IMG/VR virus record: IMGVR_UViG_3300033121_002101
Location: 132,532 to 196,531 of that record
Direction: 5' to 3' (one strand)
Origin: a virus
Taxonomy: Duplodnaviria > Caudoviricetes
DNA: 64,000 nucleotides
The notes under the pieces were generated by a model. That model was not told the origin of the DNA and made no database searches. It saw only the letters and a program-made list of their open reading frames with translations. The translations under genes and the position numbers were made by a program. Below, one piece after another: positions 1-9,701 of the stretch (its first letter is position 1; the number at the start of each line of letters is the position of its first letter).

Positions 1-4
1 TTTC

Positions 5-346
5 ATGCTTTTAAAAGAATCTGAAGGGCATATCATTGGTGAGACTTTGCTGTATGAAAAGCTTTCAGTCTATTATAAGATTGGTAAGAACGGCAGAGAT
101 AGAAAATACATCATAGATTTTTATGATGAAAAAAATAAAACAGCTTATGAAGTTAAACCAGCTTCAAGGGTCAACAACAGAATCAATGTTGCAAAAGCAA
201 AAGCAGCACGAGAACATTTAAAAAAATGTGATATAATATACAAAATAGTTTGTGAAGCTGATATTAAAAAGTTAATAACTTATAAAGAAGCTAAGCTAAT
301 AAAAGATGTCTCTTTTAAGATGAAAAGGAAAAAGCGTGCAAAATAG
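5..346 (+). CDS. PD-(D/E)XK nuclease, TnsA N-terminal / T4 gp4-like (possibly 5' truncated)
   Basis: YIIDF...YEVKP and AKAKAARE...YKIVCE motifs; frame open to window edge. Confidence 0.6.
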   Translation: MLLKESEGHIIGETLLYEKLSVYYKIGKNGRDRKYIIDFYDEKNKTAYEVKPASRVNNRINVAKAKAAREHLKKCDIIYKIVCEADIKKLITYKEAKLIKDVSFKMKRKKRAK

Positions 347-902
347 ATTAGCACTTTTTGTTGTTGGCGCTGACGGTTCTGGCAAAACAGAAATAAGTAC
401 ACGTCTGTCTCAAATTACGGGTATAGAAAGATTTAAGTGTCCATCTGAGAAAGAATGGTTTAAGACTAATTCATTTCATAAGAATTTAGCATTTGATGCT
501 TTGCTTCCGTCATTTTGTAAGCAAACAAATACAAGTTTTATAAGTGATAGAGGATACCCATGCGAATGGGTTTATTCTACTTTTTACAAAAGAGAAACTG
601 ATTATGTTTTGCTGAAAAACTTAGATAAAATGTGGTCAGTAAATGGCGGTGCAATCTTGCATATGACAAGATCAGATTATTCAAAAGTTGAAGACGATCT
701 TGTTGATACTAAAGATTTAAAGTCTATTGATAATCTTTACAGAGATTTTTTAAAGCAATCGCTGTTGCCTTCTATGACAGTGTGCACAGATGATTTTGTA
801 GATGATACATCAATAAACTCATGGATAAAAGGATCAACAAATAAAGTTTTAGACTGGCTTATAAAATTAGACACATACCACGGAATGCTGTTTGCACATT
901 GA
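336..902 (+). CDS. deoxynucleoside monophosphate kinase (thymidylate kinase-like)
   Basis: N-terminal P-loop GADGSGKT and ISDRGYP (DR) motif. Confidence 0.75.
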   Translation: MQNRLALFVVGADGSGKTEISTRLSQITGIERFKCPSEKEWFKTNSFHKNLAFDALLPSFCKQTNTSFISDRGYPCEWVYSTFYKRETDYVLLKNLDKMWSVNGGAILHMTRSDYSKVEDDLVDTKDLKSIDNLYRDFLKQSLLPSMTVCTDDFVDDTSINSWIKGSTNKVLDWLIKLDTYHGMLFAH

Positions 903-907
903 GTTTT

Positions 908-2236
908 ATGTCTGACGATAAAAATCTAAAAAAAGATCCAGGTGAAAAATATCAAGAAGATTTTTTATCTGCTGATGGGTCTGTCATTAACAGACGTTAC
1001 GTTGACAGCAATCTGTTGTCACATGATTTAAGAAAAAGAGTAGATGCTGCAATAAGAACAAAAGTAAGGCATATGACAGGATTCAACAAGAAAATAAAAT
1101 TGCAGCAAAGCGGATTGAGAATAGGATATTCTTTTTGGGGTTTTCTTGGTGATCACAAAATGAGTGATGAAGGTGATAGACTTTCAACACCAGACGGTAA
1201 TGCAACATATTCATGGTCTTTTATTCTAGAGGCTGTTAGAAGAGGCCACAGAGTAATACCGATGATGCCAGATAGAGATAAGCCGGCATGTGATGAATAC
1301 GGTGTCGCAAACTTTGAATCAATAGCGCAGGCACATAGAGTTACTGTTTACACACACTTGGTTGAATCTACAGATGTATTTCATGGAAACGGTAACAGTG
1401 AAAATGATAAGTTTCCAGAATTAGATGTGCTTGTACTTGAGTGGAGATTTCCAATAAAGGGAAGAAATTTTGGTTTGTTGCCAGTAGATCCTGGTTACCA
1501 ACCAGATTTTGACAGACAGACTGCGTTACTAAAGCATTACAGTGACAAGAAAACTAAAATAATAATTTGGGATTTAGACTTAAAATTAACAGAAGAAGAT
1601 GAAAAAACTTGGCCGATTTCTTCAATCATTGAAACAAGTGTACATCCAATTCAGCAAGTACACAAGCGCGTGCAAGTTGAACCACCTGTTTATATTGATT
1701 CATTGATGGAATGGCCGACAGTTTTGGCAACAAATATGTTGTCATATATTGGTTCGAGGTATGAACGTGATGATGTAATTGATCACTGGATTAGACCAAT
1801 TGCAAATAGAGAAGGGTGTAGAGGTAAAATACACTTTTACGGAAATTGGATGAAAGATCTATCTGAGTTAACATTGCGTTGGCCTGGAGTATGTTTTAAT
1901 GATAGAGTAACTTTATCTGAGTTTAAAGAGATATTAAGATGTGCAGCAGGAGTTCCTCTGCTTGCAAAAGAAGAATATAGAAAAAGAGGTTTTATAACGC
2001 CAAGAGTATGGGAAGCTCTTGCATTCGGTTCAATTCCTGTTGGACTACACGGTCATGCTGCAATATCAAAATATACTGATTTTGTTGCAAAAGATCCAGA
2101 CAATTTAAAAGAAATTTCACTTGAATTACTTTCAATGAGTCTTGAAGACCGTGATAAAGAAAGAAAAAAAGCAATTGACAAGATTAAATTTATGGATGTA
2201 AAATATTTTATGAATACGTTAGAAGGACTTTTCTGA
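908..2236 (+). CDS. GT-B glycosyltransferase, T4 DNA beta-glucosyltransferase-like
   Basis: C-terminal YIGSR...HFYGNW...KEEYRKRGFITPRVWEALA resembles the sugar-donor domain of T4 Bgt (recalled as NFITLRVWE); ORF track starts at 899, first ATG at 908. Confidence 0.7.
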   Translation: MSDDKNLKKDPGEKYQEDFLSADGSVINRRYVDSNLLSHDLRKRVDAAIRTKVRHMTGFNKKIKLQQSGLRIGYSFWGFLGDHKMSDEGDRLSTPDGNATYSWSFILEAVRRGHRVIPMMPDRDKPACDEYGVANFESIAQAHRVTVYTHLVESTDVFHGNGNSENDKFPELDVLVLEWRFPIKGRNFGLLPVDPGYQPDFDRQTALLKHYSDKKTKIIIWDLDLKLTEEDEKTWPISSIIETSVHPIQQVHKRVQVEPPVYIDSLMEWPTVLATNMLSYIGSRYERDDVIDHWIRPIANREGCRGKIHFYGNWMKDLSELTLRWPGVCFNDRVTLSEFKEILRCAAGVPLLAKEEYRKRGFITPRVWEALAFGSIPVGLHGHAAISKYTDFVAKDPDNLKEISLELLSMSLEDRDKERKKAIDKIKFMDVKYFMNTLEGLF

Positions 2237-2283
2237 TGTGGTTAAAAAGATTTTTTATTAAAGATATTGAGGAAGAAAGTAAT

Positions 2284-2658
2284 ATGGCAAAAAAAGTTTT
2301 TACGTATAAAGTTCATGGTGACGGTGTAAAGCCGGGAGTTGCTCCACACGGTTTAGTTTTAAGGTCTCCAATAGACTTATCACTTAAGCCAGGACAAAGC
2401 ACATCTCTTGACTTACTTGTTTCAGTTGATGCATCATGCTTAGCATTTGTACGTAATCCGATCGCTAATGAAATGATAAATGACGGCGATTTAGTCGTCT
2501 ACGTTTCTAATGCTGCAAGCGGTGTTCTTCTGAACGCAGACGAGCGTCCAGTTTTATTTCTTGCGAATAAGTCGCAGTCAAAAACATTTGATGTATCAGC
2601 AAAAGATGCACTAATTGAGTTAGTGCCTCAGCAAGATGTTACAGTAAAAGGAAGCTGA
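2284..2658 (+). CDS. degenerate trimeric dUTPase-fold protein
   Basis: GLVLRSPIDLSLKPGQ and LFLANKSQSKTFDVSAKDALIELV follow the dUTPase spacing, but catalytic motifs (RSG, GVID.DY) are absent. Confidence 0.45.
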   Translation: MAKKVFTYKVHGDGVKPGVAPHGLVLRSPIDLSLKPGQSTSLDLLVSVDASCLAFVRNPIANEMINDGDLVVYVSNAASGVLLNADERPVLFLANKSQSKTFDVSAKDALIELVPQQDVTVKGS

Positions 2659-2659
2659 T

Positions 2660-2962
2660 ATGCCAAAAGGCCGCCCAAGCTCAGGACCTGCTTCTTTCGG
2701 AAGACACGCAATGAAACAAATAATTGCGCGTGTTGATAGAAAGCAGGTAGATGAACTTTATGGCATGCTTAGAGAAGAAGGCATAAGCTTACAAGCTTTT
2801 ATAGCTTTGTGCGTTAAGATGTACATAGAATCAAATCCAAGTATGAGAGCTATGATTGAATCATACAGGAGAGATTTGTATGTTACTAAAAATGAAAAAG
2901 ATAGTGGTGAAGTGTTTTCTGATGATGAGCGTGCTGCAATCCTTCGTGATATCGAAAGGTGA
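2660..2962 (+). CDS. hypothetical protein, possible ribbon-helix-helix DNA binder
   Basis: IIARVD-helix-GISLQAFI pattern; packed in operon. Confidence 0.5.
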   Translation: MPKGRPSSGPASFGRHAMKQIIARVDRKQVDELYGMLREEGISLQAFIALCVKMYIESNPSMRAMIESYRRDLYVTKNEKDSGEVFSDDERAAILRDIER

Positions 2963-2977
2963 TATAATAAATTAATC

Positions 2978-3376
2978 ATGGGAATGAATAGAAAAATAAA
3001 AAGAGCGTCTATGAGATTTGCTTATGATGTTTTATCCAAAAAGTGGAAAGAGCAGTTGTTTAAGCAAAATTTTTATGCTAGACTTATGGGTAACGATAAG
3101 ATACCTGACAGTATAAAAAATGAGATGGTTGGTCGTAAGCCACCTTTTTCTGTTTTCATGAAAGTTATGAATGGTGTGAGTAATCCTGTTAAAGTTATAA
3201 GTGAATCTACGCCAGTAGAATTTATAACATTCGTAGATGAAAACTTAGAAAGCATGGGCAATAAAATTTTTGTGGCGTGGAATTGTTCCAAACATTCAAA
3301 GAGAGCAAACTACAGATGGCGAAAACACCCCGTTCGTCCCAACAGCAACAGAATGACCAAAGCAAGAAGAAGATAA
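2978..3376 (+). CDS. hypothetical protein
   Basis: ORF in operon; 3' end overlaps next ORF. Confidence 0.6.
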   Translation: MGMNRKIKRASMRFAYDVLSKKWKEQLFKQNFYARLMGNDKIPDSIKNEMVGRKPPFSVFMKVMNGVSNPVKVISESTPVEFITFVDENLESMGNKIFVAWNCSKHSKRANYRWRKHPVRPNSNRMTKARRR

Positions 3377-3474
3377 AGCCAGGAGATAGAGTACGCTTTA
3401 AATTGAAACATTTGATGAATGGAAGCTTTGGAATTGTAATTGAAGTTATTGAAGATAAAAAGAAAAAAGAATAA
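3277..3474 (+). CDS. hypothetical protein, KOW-like
   Basis: IKPGDRVRF...GSFGIVIEV; stop overlaps thyX start. Confidence 0.45.
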   Translation: MELFQTFKESKLQMAKTPRSSQQQQNDQSKKKIKPGDRVRFKLKHLMNGSFGIVIEVIEDKKKKE

Positions 3475-4355
3475 TGACTATATCTGCAAGAATAGACACA
3501 GATTCAATAAATGAATCTGGTGATAGAATAACAACATGGATTTTAAGATATCCACGTTTTATTCATGCTGACTTTATGACTCACAGAGTGTTTAGTAGGA
3601 ATGGATCGTCTTCAAGAGCTAGGCGTGCTACTAACATTCTAAAAGAAGTTGTTTTAGATCCCGTTGTCCCAATAGAGTGGGGCAAAAATGGAAAAGGCAT
3701 GTCAGCAGATAAGACATTAAGCAGTTTTAAATCTTGGCTTTGCAAGAAAATTTGGTTGTCTACAAGATTGCCTGTCGTAGCGTCTGTTTGGCTTTTAAAC
3801 AAGATTGGTTTGCACAAGCAGTGGACGAATAGATTACTTGAGCCGTGGGCTCACATCACTGTTATAATGACTGCAACTGAAATGGATAATTTCTTTGCAT
3901 TACGCGATAGCGATAAAGCACAACCAGAAATTCATAAATTAGCCTCTCAAATGAAGAGAGAATACAACAACTCTATTCCTGTACTTTGCATGAAAGGTGA
4001 ATGGCACATTCCTTTGTTAACACAAGCAGAAAGAGATAGACTTACATCTGTGAATTTACGTTCTAGAGGATTTTTTCTTCCAGATAATACAGGTGAAGAT
4101 CTGAAATGGCTTTCTGAAACAATACGTGTATCAACAGCAAGAGCTGCGCGTGTATCGTACAACAGAACAGAAATGATTAAATCTAAAGAAGAAGATTTAG
4201 ATTTGCATGACAAGTTAAAAAGTGATGGTCATTGGTCACCATTTGAACACTGTGCATCAGCTGAACCTGGTGTAGAATGGGTTGGCAATTTTTATGGTTG
4301 GGCTCAATATAGAAAATCATTTATGAACGAATCAGGTTCAGATAGGAATTCATGA
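3474..4355 (+). CDS. thyX: FAD-dependent thymidylate synthase
   Basis: YPRFIH.DFMTHRVFSRNGSSSRA (RHRxxS motif variant), HKQW.NRLLEP, ARVSY, HWSPFEH. Confidence 0.88.
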   Translation: MTISARIDTDSINESGDRITTWILRYPRFIHADFMTHRVFSRNGSSSRARRATNILKEVVLDPVVPIEWGKNGKGMSADKTLSSFKSWLCKKIWLSTRLPVVASVWLLNKIGLHKQWTNRLLEPWAHITVIMTATEMDNFFALRDSDKAQPEIHKLASQMKREYNNSIPVLCMKGEWHIPLLTQAERDRLTSVNLRSRGFFLPDNTGEDLKWLSETIRVSTARAARVSYNRTEMIKSKEEDLDLHDKLKSDGHWSPFEHCASAEPGVEWVGNFYGWAQYRKSFMNESGSDRNS

Positions 4356-4798
4356 TGAACAATAAGTGCAGATGCAAAGAATTTGAAGAATGTAGACACT
4401 GTACTCATAAAGTTACTAAAAAAATATCATCTATGACAATGGCTGGTTTTTTGAAAACAGAAGAGCTAACAGATAATCTGATCGTTGATATCGACGATGA
4501 AGATATTAAAAGCATTCTCAGAGAATGCTTTGAAACTCTGTCTGACAAAGGAACAGATTACTCAGCAGGTACAAAAGATCGCCTTTATAATTTCAGACGA
4601 GCATCTGAAGAGATTGGTCTTCCAATGAGAAAGATTTTGTACATCTACCTGTGGAAACATTTAAGTGCAGTTACAAAATACTGCAACGATGGAGAACTAA
4701 AGTCTGAATCATTAAAAGGAAGAATAGTCGATGCAATCAACTACTTGCTTCTTCTTTATAAAATTGACTGTGAAGAAACTTTAGCAAGTAAAATTTAA
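4352..4798 (+). CDS. nucleotide-modification-associated domain 1 (DUF1599-like) all-alpha protein
   Basis: KGTDYS...NF...KHL...ESLKGRIVDAINYLLLL pattern. Confidence 0.65.
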   Translation: MMNNKCRCKEFEECRHCTHKVTKKISSMTMAGFLKTEELTDNLIVDIDDEDIKSILRECFETLSDKGTDYSAGTKDRLYNFRRASEEIGLPMRKILYIYLWKHLSAVTKYCNDGELKSESLKGRIVDAINYLLLLYKIDCEETLASKI

Positions 4799-4911
4799 GG
4801 AATTATAATGTTTGCAAATGTAAAAAATTCAACGTGGATTTTTCTTGGAATTGTTCTTTTTCCTTTTTTGCTGTTTTACATTGCTATGAAAGCTATACAA
4901 AGATTTTTTGA

Positions 4912-5391
4912 ATGAATATATTTGTTTTGGATAGAGATCCAGAATTAGCAGCAGCTTATCTTTGTGATAAGCATTGTGTCAAAATGCCGCTTGAATCTGC
5001 TCAAATGCTTTCTACAGTTGTAAACAGTTTTGGCATTGAAACAGAATATAAACCAACCCACACAAAGCATCCGTGTACAATCTGGACAGCTGAGTCATTG
5101 GAAAATTTTCTTTGGCATTCTTTATTAGCAATCTCTCTTTGTAGAGAGTATACTTTTAGATACGGCAAAAAACACAAGTCACAAAGTGTTATCGAAAAGT
5201 GTACAGATATTTGTTTAGATGGTAATATTAAATTTGAACGAAAAGAAATGACAGATTTCGCTCAAGCGATGCCAGAAGAATGTAAAGACAAAGATGCTGT
5301 CGTTGCATATAGAAAATACTATATGATGAAAAAAAATGATATTGCAAAATGGAATAAATGTAGAAGTGCACCAGAATGGTGGGTGATATGA
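4912..5391 (+). CDS. pyrimidine dimer DNA glycosylase / endonuclease V family
   Basis: MNIFVLD...CDKHCVKMPLESAQMLST, HPCTIW, QAMP...AYRKYY. Confidence 0.85.
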   Translation: MNIFVLDRDPELAAAYLCDKHCVKMPLESAQMLSTVVNSFGIETEYKPTHTKHPCTIWTAESLENFLWHSLLAISLCREYTFRYGKKHKSQSVIEKCTDICLDGNIKFERKEMTDFAQAMPEECKDKDAVVAYRKYYMMKKNDIAKWNKCRSAPEWWVI

Positions 5392-6887
5392 AAGTTTGTC
5401 TTATTATTCCGCCATCACCGTTTCTTATGGATGAAAGAGTATTCCCTTCGCTGGGAATACTTCGCGTTGCTTCATCATTAGAAAATCAAAATGTAAAAGT
5501 AGATCTGATAGATCTTTCAGGTGTACAAAATTATCTTGATGTCGTATCGAAATATGTATCTGAGAATGATACTCTGCTGTATGGAATAACATCTACAACT
5601 CCGCAATTTCCTGCTGTTTGCAAAATTGCTTGTTTAATAAAGCAAAAAGAAAACGTTTCTATAACACTCGGCGGGCCGCATGCAACTCTTGTTGCTGCTG
5701 CTGTTAAGGGTGAAGATAAAAGAAATGTTGTCGGAAGAGCACATCATGCTATGAATGACATGACTGGTCGATTCGACACTATAATTGCTGGCGATGGAGA
5801 GATGATACCTCACAACGTAATGTTTGGTGGTGGTATCGTTGATGCAGATGATCCAAATGGAAAGTATTTCATGACAGATTATCAGTACTCAAGTGCTCCA
5901 AAAGAAGCCAGATCTCTCATAGATTTAAGTTCTTATCATTACAAGATAGAAGGACATGAAGCAACAACTCTGATCGCTCAGTTGGGTTGTCCATTCTCAT
6001 GCGGCTTTTGTGGTGGACGTAAATCACCAATGTTGAGAAGAATTCGTTCACGCCCAACATCAACAATCATAAGTGAAATTAGAGACCTCCACACAACGTA
6101 TGGATACACTGGTTTCATGTTTTATGATGATGAGCTCAATGTTTCAAATTCAATGATAGAATTGATGGACTCTATCTATCTTTTACAAAAAGAATTGAAT
6201 ACAGAATTTAGACTTAGAGGCTTTGTAAAAGCAGAACTGTTTACAGATGAACAAGCAGAATCAATGTATAAAGCTGGGTTCAGATGGCTGCTAACTGGAT
6301 TTGAATCTGGTAGTCCTCGTATTCTAAAAAACATCCAGAAAAAAGCTTCTCTTGAAGACAACACTCGTGCAGTTGAAATTGCAAGAAGACATGGACTCAA
6401 AGTGAAAGCGCTGATGTCAATTGGACATCCAGGTGAATCAGAATACACAATAAATGAAACTAAAAATTGGCTGCTAGATGTAAGGCCAGATGATTTTGAT
6501 TGCACGATAATAACGACGTATCCAGGAACTCCATACTATGATGATGCTGTTTTGACAGCTCCGGGCATTTGGACGTATACTGCAAAAAACGGTGACAAAC
6601 TTCATGCAGATGAAGTTGATTATACAATCACCGCTGATTACTACAAGGGCGCGCCTGGGGGTGGTTATAAAGCTTATGTACATACCGACCACCTAACATC
6701 AAGTGAGCTAGTCACACTACGTGACACGCTAGAGGATTCCGTTAGGCATACGCTTAATATACCATTTAACCAATCAGCTGCTGCAATAAATTATGAGCAC
6801 TCGATGGGCCAAAACATTCCTCAGAATATTTTGAGGAGTTCAAAAAATGATTCTAAAAAACGAGTTTACTTGAATCTTGTGAAGTAA
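5388..6887 (+). CDS. cobalamin-binding radical SAM enzyme (class B methyltransferase-like)
   Basis: B12-binding N-terminus (PSLGI, GITSTT, LGGPHAT, GDGE), CPFSCGFC cluster motif, FYDDE, GFESG, GHPGE, YPGTP. Confidence 0.9.
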   Translation: MKVCLIIPPSPFLMDERVFPSLGILRVASSLENQNVKVDLIDLSGVQNYLDVVSKYVSENDTLLYGITSTTPQFPAVCKIACLIKQKENVSITLGGPHATLVAAAVKGEDKRNVVGRAHHAMNDMTGRFDTIIAGDGEMIPHNVMFGGGIVDADDPNGKYFMTDYQYSSAPKEARSLIDLSSYHYKIEGHEATTLIAQLGCPFSCGFCGGRKSPMLRRIRSRPTSTIISEIRDLHTTYGYTGFMFYDDELNVSNSMIELMDSIYLLQKELNTEFRLRGFVKAELFTDEQAESMYKAGFRWLLTGFESGSPRILKNIQKKASLEDNTRAVEIARRHGLKVKALMSIGHPGESEYTINETKNWLLDVRPDDFDCTIITTYPGTPYYDDAVLTAPGIWTYTAKNGDKLHADEVDYTITADYYKGAPGGGYKAYVHTDHLTSSELVTLRDTLEDSVRHTLNIPFNQSAAAINYEHSMGQNIPQNILRSSKNDSKKRVYLNLVK

Positions 6888-6891
6888 TATT

Positions 6892-7206
6892 ATGGAAGAA
6901 ATATCAGAAGAAGATAAAAAGAAAAGAAAAATATCTCTCGGGCCAGCAGAGTTAAGACCTTTTGAAGAAGAAAAAGGTGCATATGCTTTGTATAGACCTG
7001 TATATGTTGACGGGTGGGATGACTCAATAAGAAAGTTTGTCAGGATATCTACAAATGAACCTATTGGGCCTCTAGCTGTTTTTAGACCAGCATCTAAAAA
7101 TGAAAGCGTCGACATGAGAACGTTTGATCCGATTTCTAAGAAAGAAATACAATTACATTGTATTTGGGATCCAAGCGGAACATTTTTAAGAAAACACGAA
7201 CAATGA
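6892..7206 (+). CDS. hypothetical protein
   Basis: packed ORF. Confidence 0.6.
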   Translation: MEEISEEDKKKRKISLGPAELRPFEEEKGAYALYRPVYVDGWDDSIRKFVRISTNEPIGPLAVFRPASKNESVDMRTFDPISKKEIQLHCIWDPSGTFLRKHEQ

Positions 7207-7499
7207 AACGCAGCTTAAAATTTTTTGATGATATAATGTCGAAAGCAGATGGAGAGTGCCCGTCATGTGTTATAGACGGTTGGGTGTGGGTAGATAAAAA
7301 TGAATTTGGAAGCAATTACTTCTATGAAGTAAAAACAGGTAAGTTTTATGATGTTAATCATGATGTTGCACAAGTGTATCCAAGCATAGTAAAAGAAGTT
7401 AATTGGTCACATTTGTCTAAGTTCAAAAGTGATATTGGTGTAAATGATATTATGGATGCTCTTGGCTTTGTAGCATTTTCTGATGAAGAGTTAAAATAG
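7158..7499 (+). CDS. hypothetical protein (likely start ATG 7203)
   Basis: ATGA overlap with previous stop. Confidence 0.55.
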   Translation: MYLGSKRNIFKKTRTMKRSLKFFDDIMSKADGECPSCVIDGWVWVDKNEFGSNYFYEVKTGKFYDVNHDVAQVYPSIVKEVNWSHLSKFKSDIGVNDIMDALGFVAFSDEELK

Positions 7500-7539
7500 A
7501 CATGAAAAAAGTTTTCATTTTTGGTGGGAGAGCATTTAA

Positions 7540-8082
7540 ATGATTTCTATTATGACAGACAAAGGCACAATTGTCGGCGAATTGAAAATGATAAAAGACA
7601 ATGTTGCATATGTCCAGAATGTAATTTCTGGTAGCACTGTTTGTGGCCCTGCATCTACAATAAAGCCAGTTTCTGAAGAGCAGTTAGAAAAAATTGAATG
7701 GTCTATAGAAATGGCAACTACTTTAATAAAATCACAAGAAAGAGTTGCTGGTGAACAAGCTGCAAGTCCACGAAGAAAGCTTATAGACAGATTGTCTGAA
7801 TATGCAATATCAAGTGGTATGCAATTGGCTGAAGCAGGTGCATTTTTTAAATTCACAATCAGCAATTCAGACAACGTAATCTATCTTTCAAAAAGGCTCG
7901 GTAGAATAGACATAGCTGGTTTTGAAGTTAAATCAAATTTGTTTAGACAAATTGATAGAGATGAAGCAAAGAAAAGAAAACTTGGAAGAATATCATCACA
8001 AGCGATTGATATAGATAATGGCTCGATAGAAGATCTGTGGAAAATGTGTGTTGATAGCGCGCTTGTAAAAGATCGTATTTGA
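7540..8082 (+). CDS. hypothetical protein, dispersed family A
   Basis: EAGAFFKFT...VIYLSKRLGRIDIAGF shared with ORFs at 17540, 31190 and 56992. Confidence 0.7.
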   Translation: MISIMTDKGTIVGELKMIKDNVAYVQNVISGSTVCGPASTIKPVSEEQLEKIEWSIEMATTLIKSQERVAGEQAASPRRKLIDRLSEYAISSGMQLAEAGAFFKFTISNSDNVIYLSKRLGRIDIAGFEVKSNLFRQIDRDEAKKRKLGRISSQAIDIDNGSIEDLWKMCVDSALVKDRI

Positions 8083-8139
8083 TGCTTTTGTTCAAATGCA
8101 AACGTTCCGCGTATTTTATAAAGTGTTATAAATTCTAAT

Positions 8140-8355
8140 ATGCATATTTACAAAAATTGTGAAATGCACACTTGGCCACTTGGACGACCAAGTGGTATTT
8201 ATCGTTCTATAGGTTCTGTTGAACATACGCAATGCAACAATTGTCTTGCTATGCGTATTAGATTTTTGACAGACGTAAATGTTGATGGCAAGTGGCTAAC
8301 TGTAGAGCAAGAACAGATTATTGAACCTGTTTTTGATATAAGTCAAGCTAAGTGA
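8140..8355 (+). CDS. hypothetical protein
   Basis: short ORF after AT-rich spacer. Confidence 0.5.
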   Translation: MHIYKNCEMHTWPLGRPSGIYRSIGSVEHTQCNNCLAMRIRFLTDVNVDGKWLTVEQEQIIEPVFDISQAK

Positions 8356-8409
8356 ATTGCTGAAATTTATGTGTAGGAAACAACAAACAGCACGGAGCAA
8401 ACTCATCAA

Positions 8410-9390
8410 ATGAGCCATTTCGCAGGCAAAGCAAGAGTACAAAAAGTATCAGATATTGTCGTACCAGAAAGTTTTTATAAGAGGATTTCTACAGGCATTG
8501 AGACTTTAGATTTGATTCTTGGTGGTGAAGAGCTACCAGGCATTATGCCTGATACAAGTATTCTTGTTTCTGGTAAGCCGGGTTCATGCAAGTCTACGCT
8601 TCTTTTGCAGGTAATGCATAACATTTCAAAGAGCGGAAAAAATTGTCTTATAAATTCTGGTGAAGAAGTACCAGAAAGAATTGCATTGAGAGCTGAGCGT
8701 CTTGGGCTTAAAGACGTAGACTTTTCTGTTTCTACTTTTTCTCATAGAGAAGATTTAGAACTGTATGTTCGTAATGAAGGAATCAATGTACTTGTTGTTG
8801 ATTCTGCGCAAGCGCTTGCAAGCTCTGATGAGAAAGAGCGCGTGCATAAAATTGTTAAGTCATTAACGCAACTTGCGCATGAAGCTAATGTCACAGTTAT
8901 TATCGTTGGCCATGTGACAAAAGCAGATATTTTTGCTGGCAAGAACTCAATTGAGCATGATGTTGATGTTCATTTTAGAATTGCTCTTGACAAAGATTCT
9001 GGCGAAAGAAAAGCGCTAACAACGAAAAACAGATTTGGCCCCGCGCATATTGAATATGATATGCTTGTAGGAAAAAATGGACTAATTGAGTTCATGAAAA
9101 CAGCAGAAGAAGGAGCTTCAGCAAAGGCTCAAGATAAATTTGTCGGAGAAGTCATTAGACTTCTGACAGATGGAGAAAAGCTTAGCGGGTATTCTCATGA
9201 TGAATATGAATCACTAAGACAATTCGGGAGGTCTGGTGGTTTTATGAGAGCAATGCTTTCGCGTGCAGCTGCAGAACTTGAGTCAAAAGGTTATATTGTT
9301 TGTAGACAAGTTATTAATAGACGAGAACACATCTACTTGGATGTACCAAGTGATAAGTATGATGAGCAAGAAGAAGGATTAATTCAATGA
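8410..9390 (+). CDS. RadA/Sms-like RecA-family ATPase lacking Zn finger and Lon domain
   Basis: ISTGIETLD.ILGG, GKPGSCKST, SGEE, VVDSAQ, GHVTK, EHDVD, KNRFG. Confidence 0.85.
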   Translation: MSHFAGKARVQKVSDIVVPESFYKRISTGIETLDLILGGEELPGIMPDTSILVSGKPGSCKSTLLLQVMHNISKSGKNCLINSGEEVPERIALRAERLGLKDVDFSVSTFSHREDLELYVRNEGINVLVVDSAQALASSDEKERVHKIVKSLTQLAHEANVTVIIVGHVTKADIFAGKNSIEHDVDVHFRIALDKDSGERKALTTKNRFGPAHIEYDMLVGKNGLIEFMKTAEEGASAKAQDKFVGEVIRLLTDGEKLSGYSHDEYESLRQFGRSGGFMRAMLSRAAAELESKGYIVCRQVINRREHIYLDVPSDKYDEQEEGLIQ

Positions 9391-9701
9391 TTTTAGATAA
9401 ATTTGACAATTACGAAGCAGCTGGCAATCAACTTTTCTCAGATTATTTTTCTGTTGCTGATGAAGAGACATTTGGAGTATCGCTGATACTATGCTCAGAC
9501 GGTAAGCATACGATGAATTTCACAGTAGATGAAAATGACAATACTGTTGGAATTTTGTCTGTTAGAGATTCAAACGGTAGTCTTGTAGCTTTTTCGAAGA
9601 CATCTGTTGGTGAAGATATTGGTAGGGATTTTGAAGAGTTCATTACAGATTTCTTTTCTTTAAGAAGTAATGATGAACATGGCGATGTCGATTTACATTG
9701 A
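9387..9701 (+). CDS. hypothetical acidic protein
   Basis: ATGA-coupled ORF. Confidence 0.6.
   Translation: MILDKFDNYEAAGNQLFSDYFSVADEETFGVSLILCSDGKHTMNFTVDENDNTVGILSVRDSNGSLVAFSKTSVGEDIGRDFEEFITDFFSLRSNDEHGDVDLH

Noticed and set aside
5-346. Tn7-like transposon from the TnsA-like ORF
   Set aside because: No TnsB/TnsC or terminal repeats; stand-alone nucleases of this fold are common in large phages
3277-3376. Programmed frameshift between 2978-3376 and 3277-3474
   Set aside because: The 100 bp overlap is odd, but no convincing slippery site plus structure; an internal ATG or a sequence error explains it equally well
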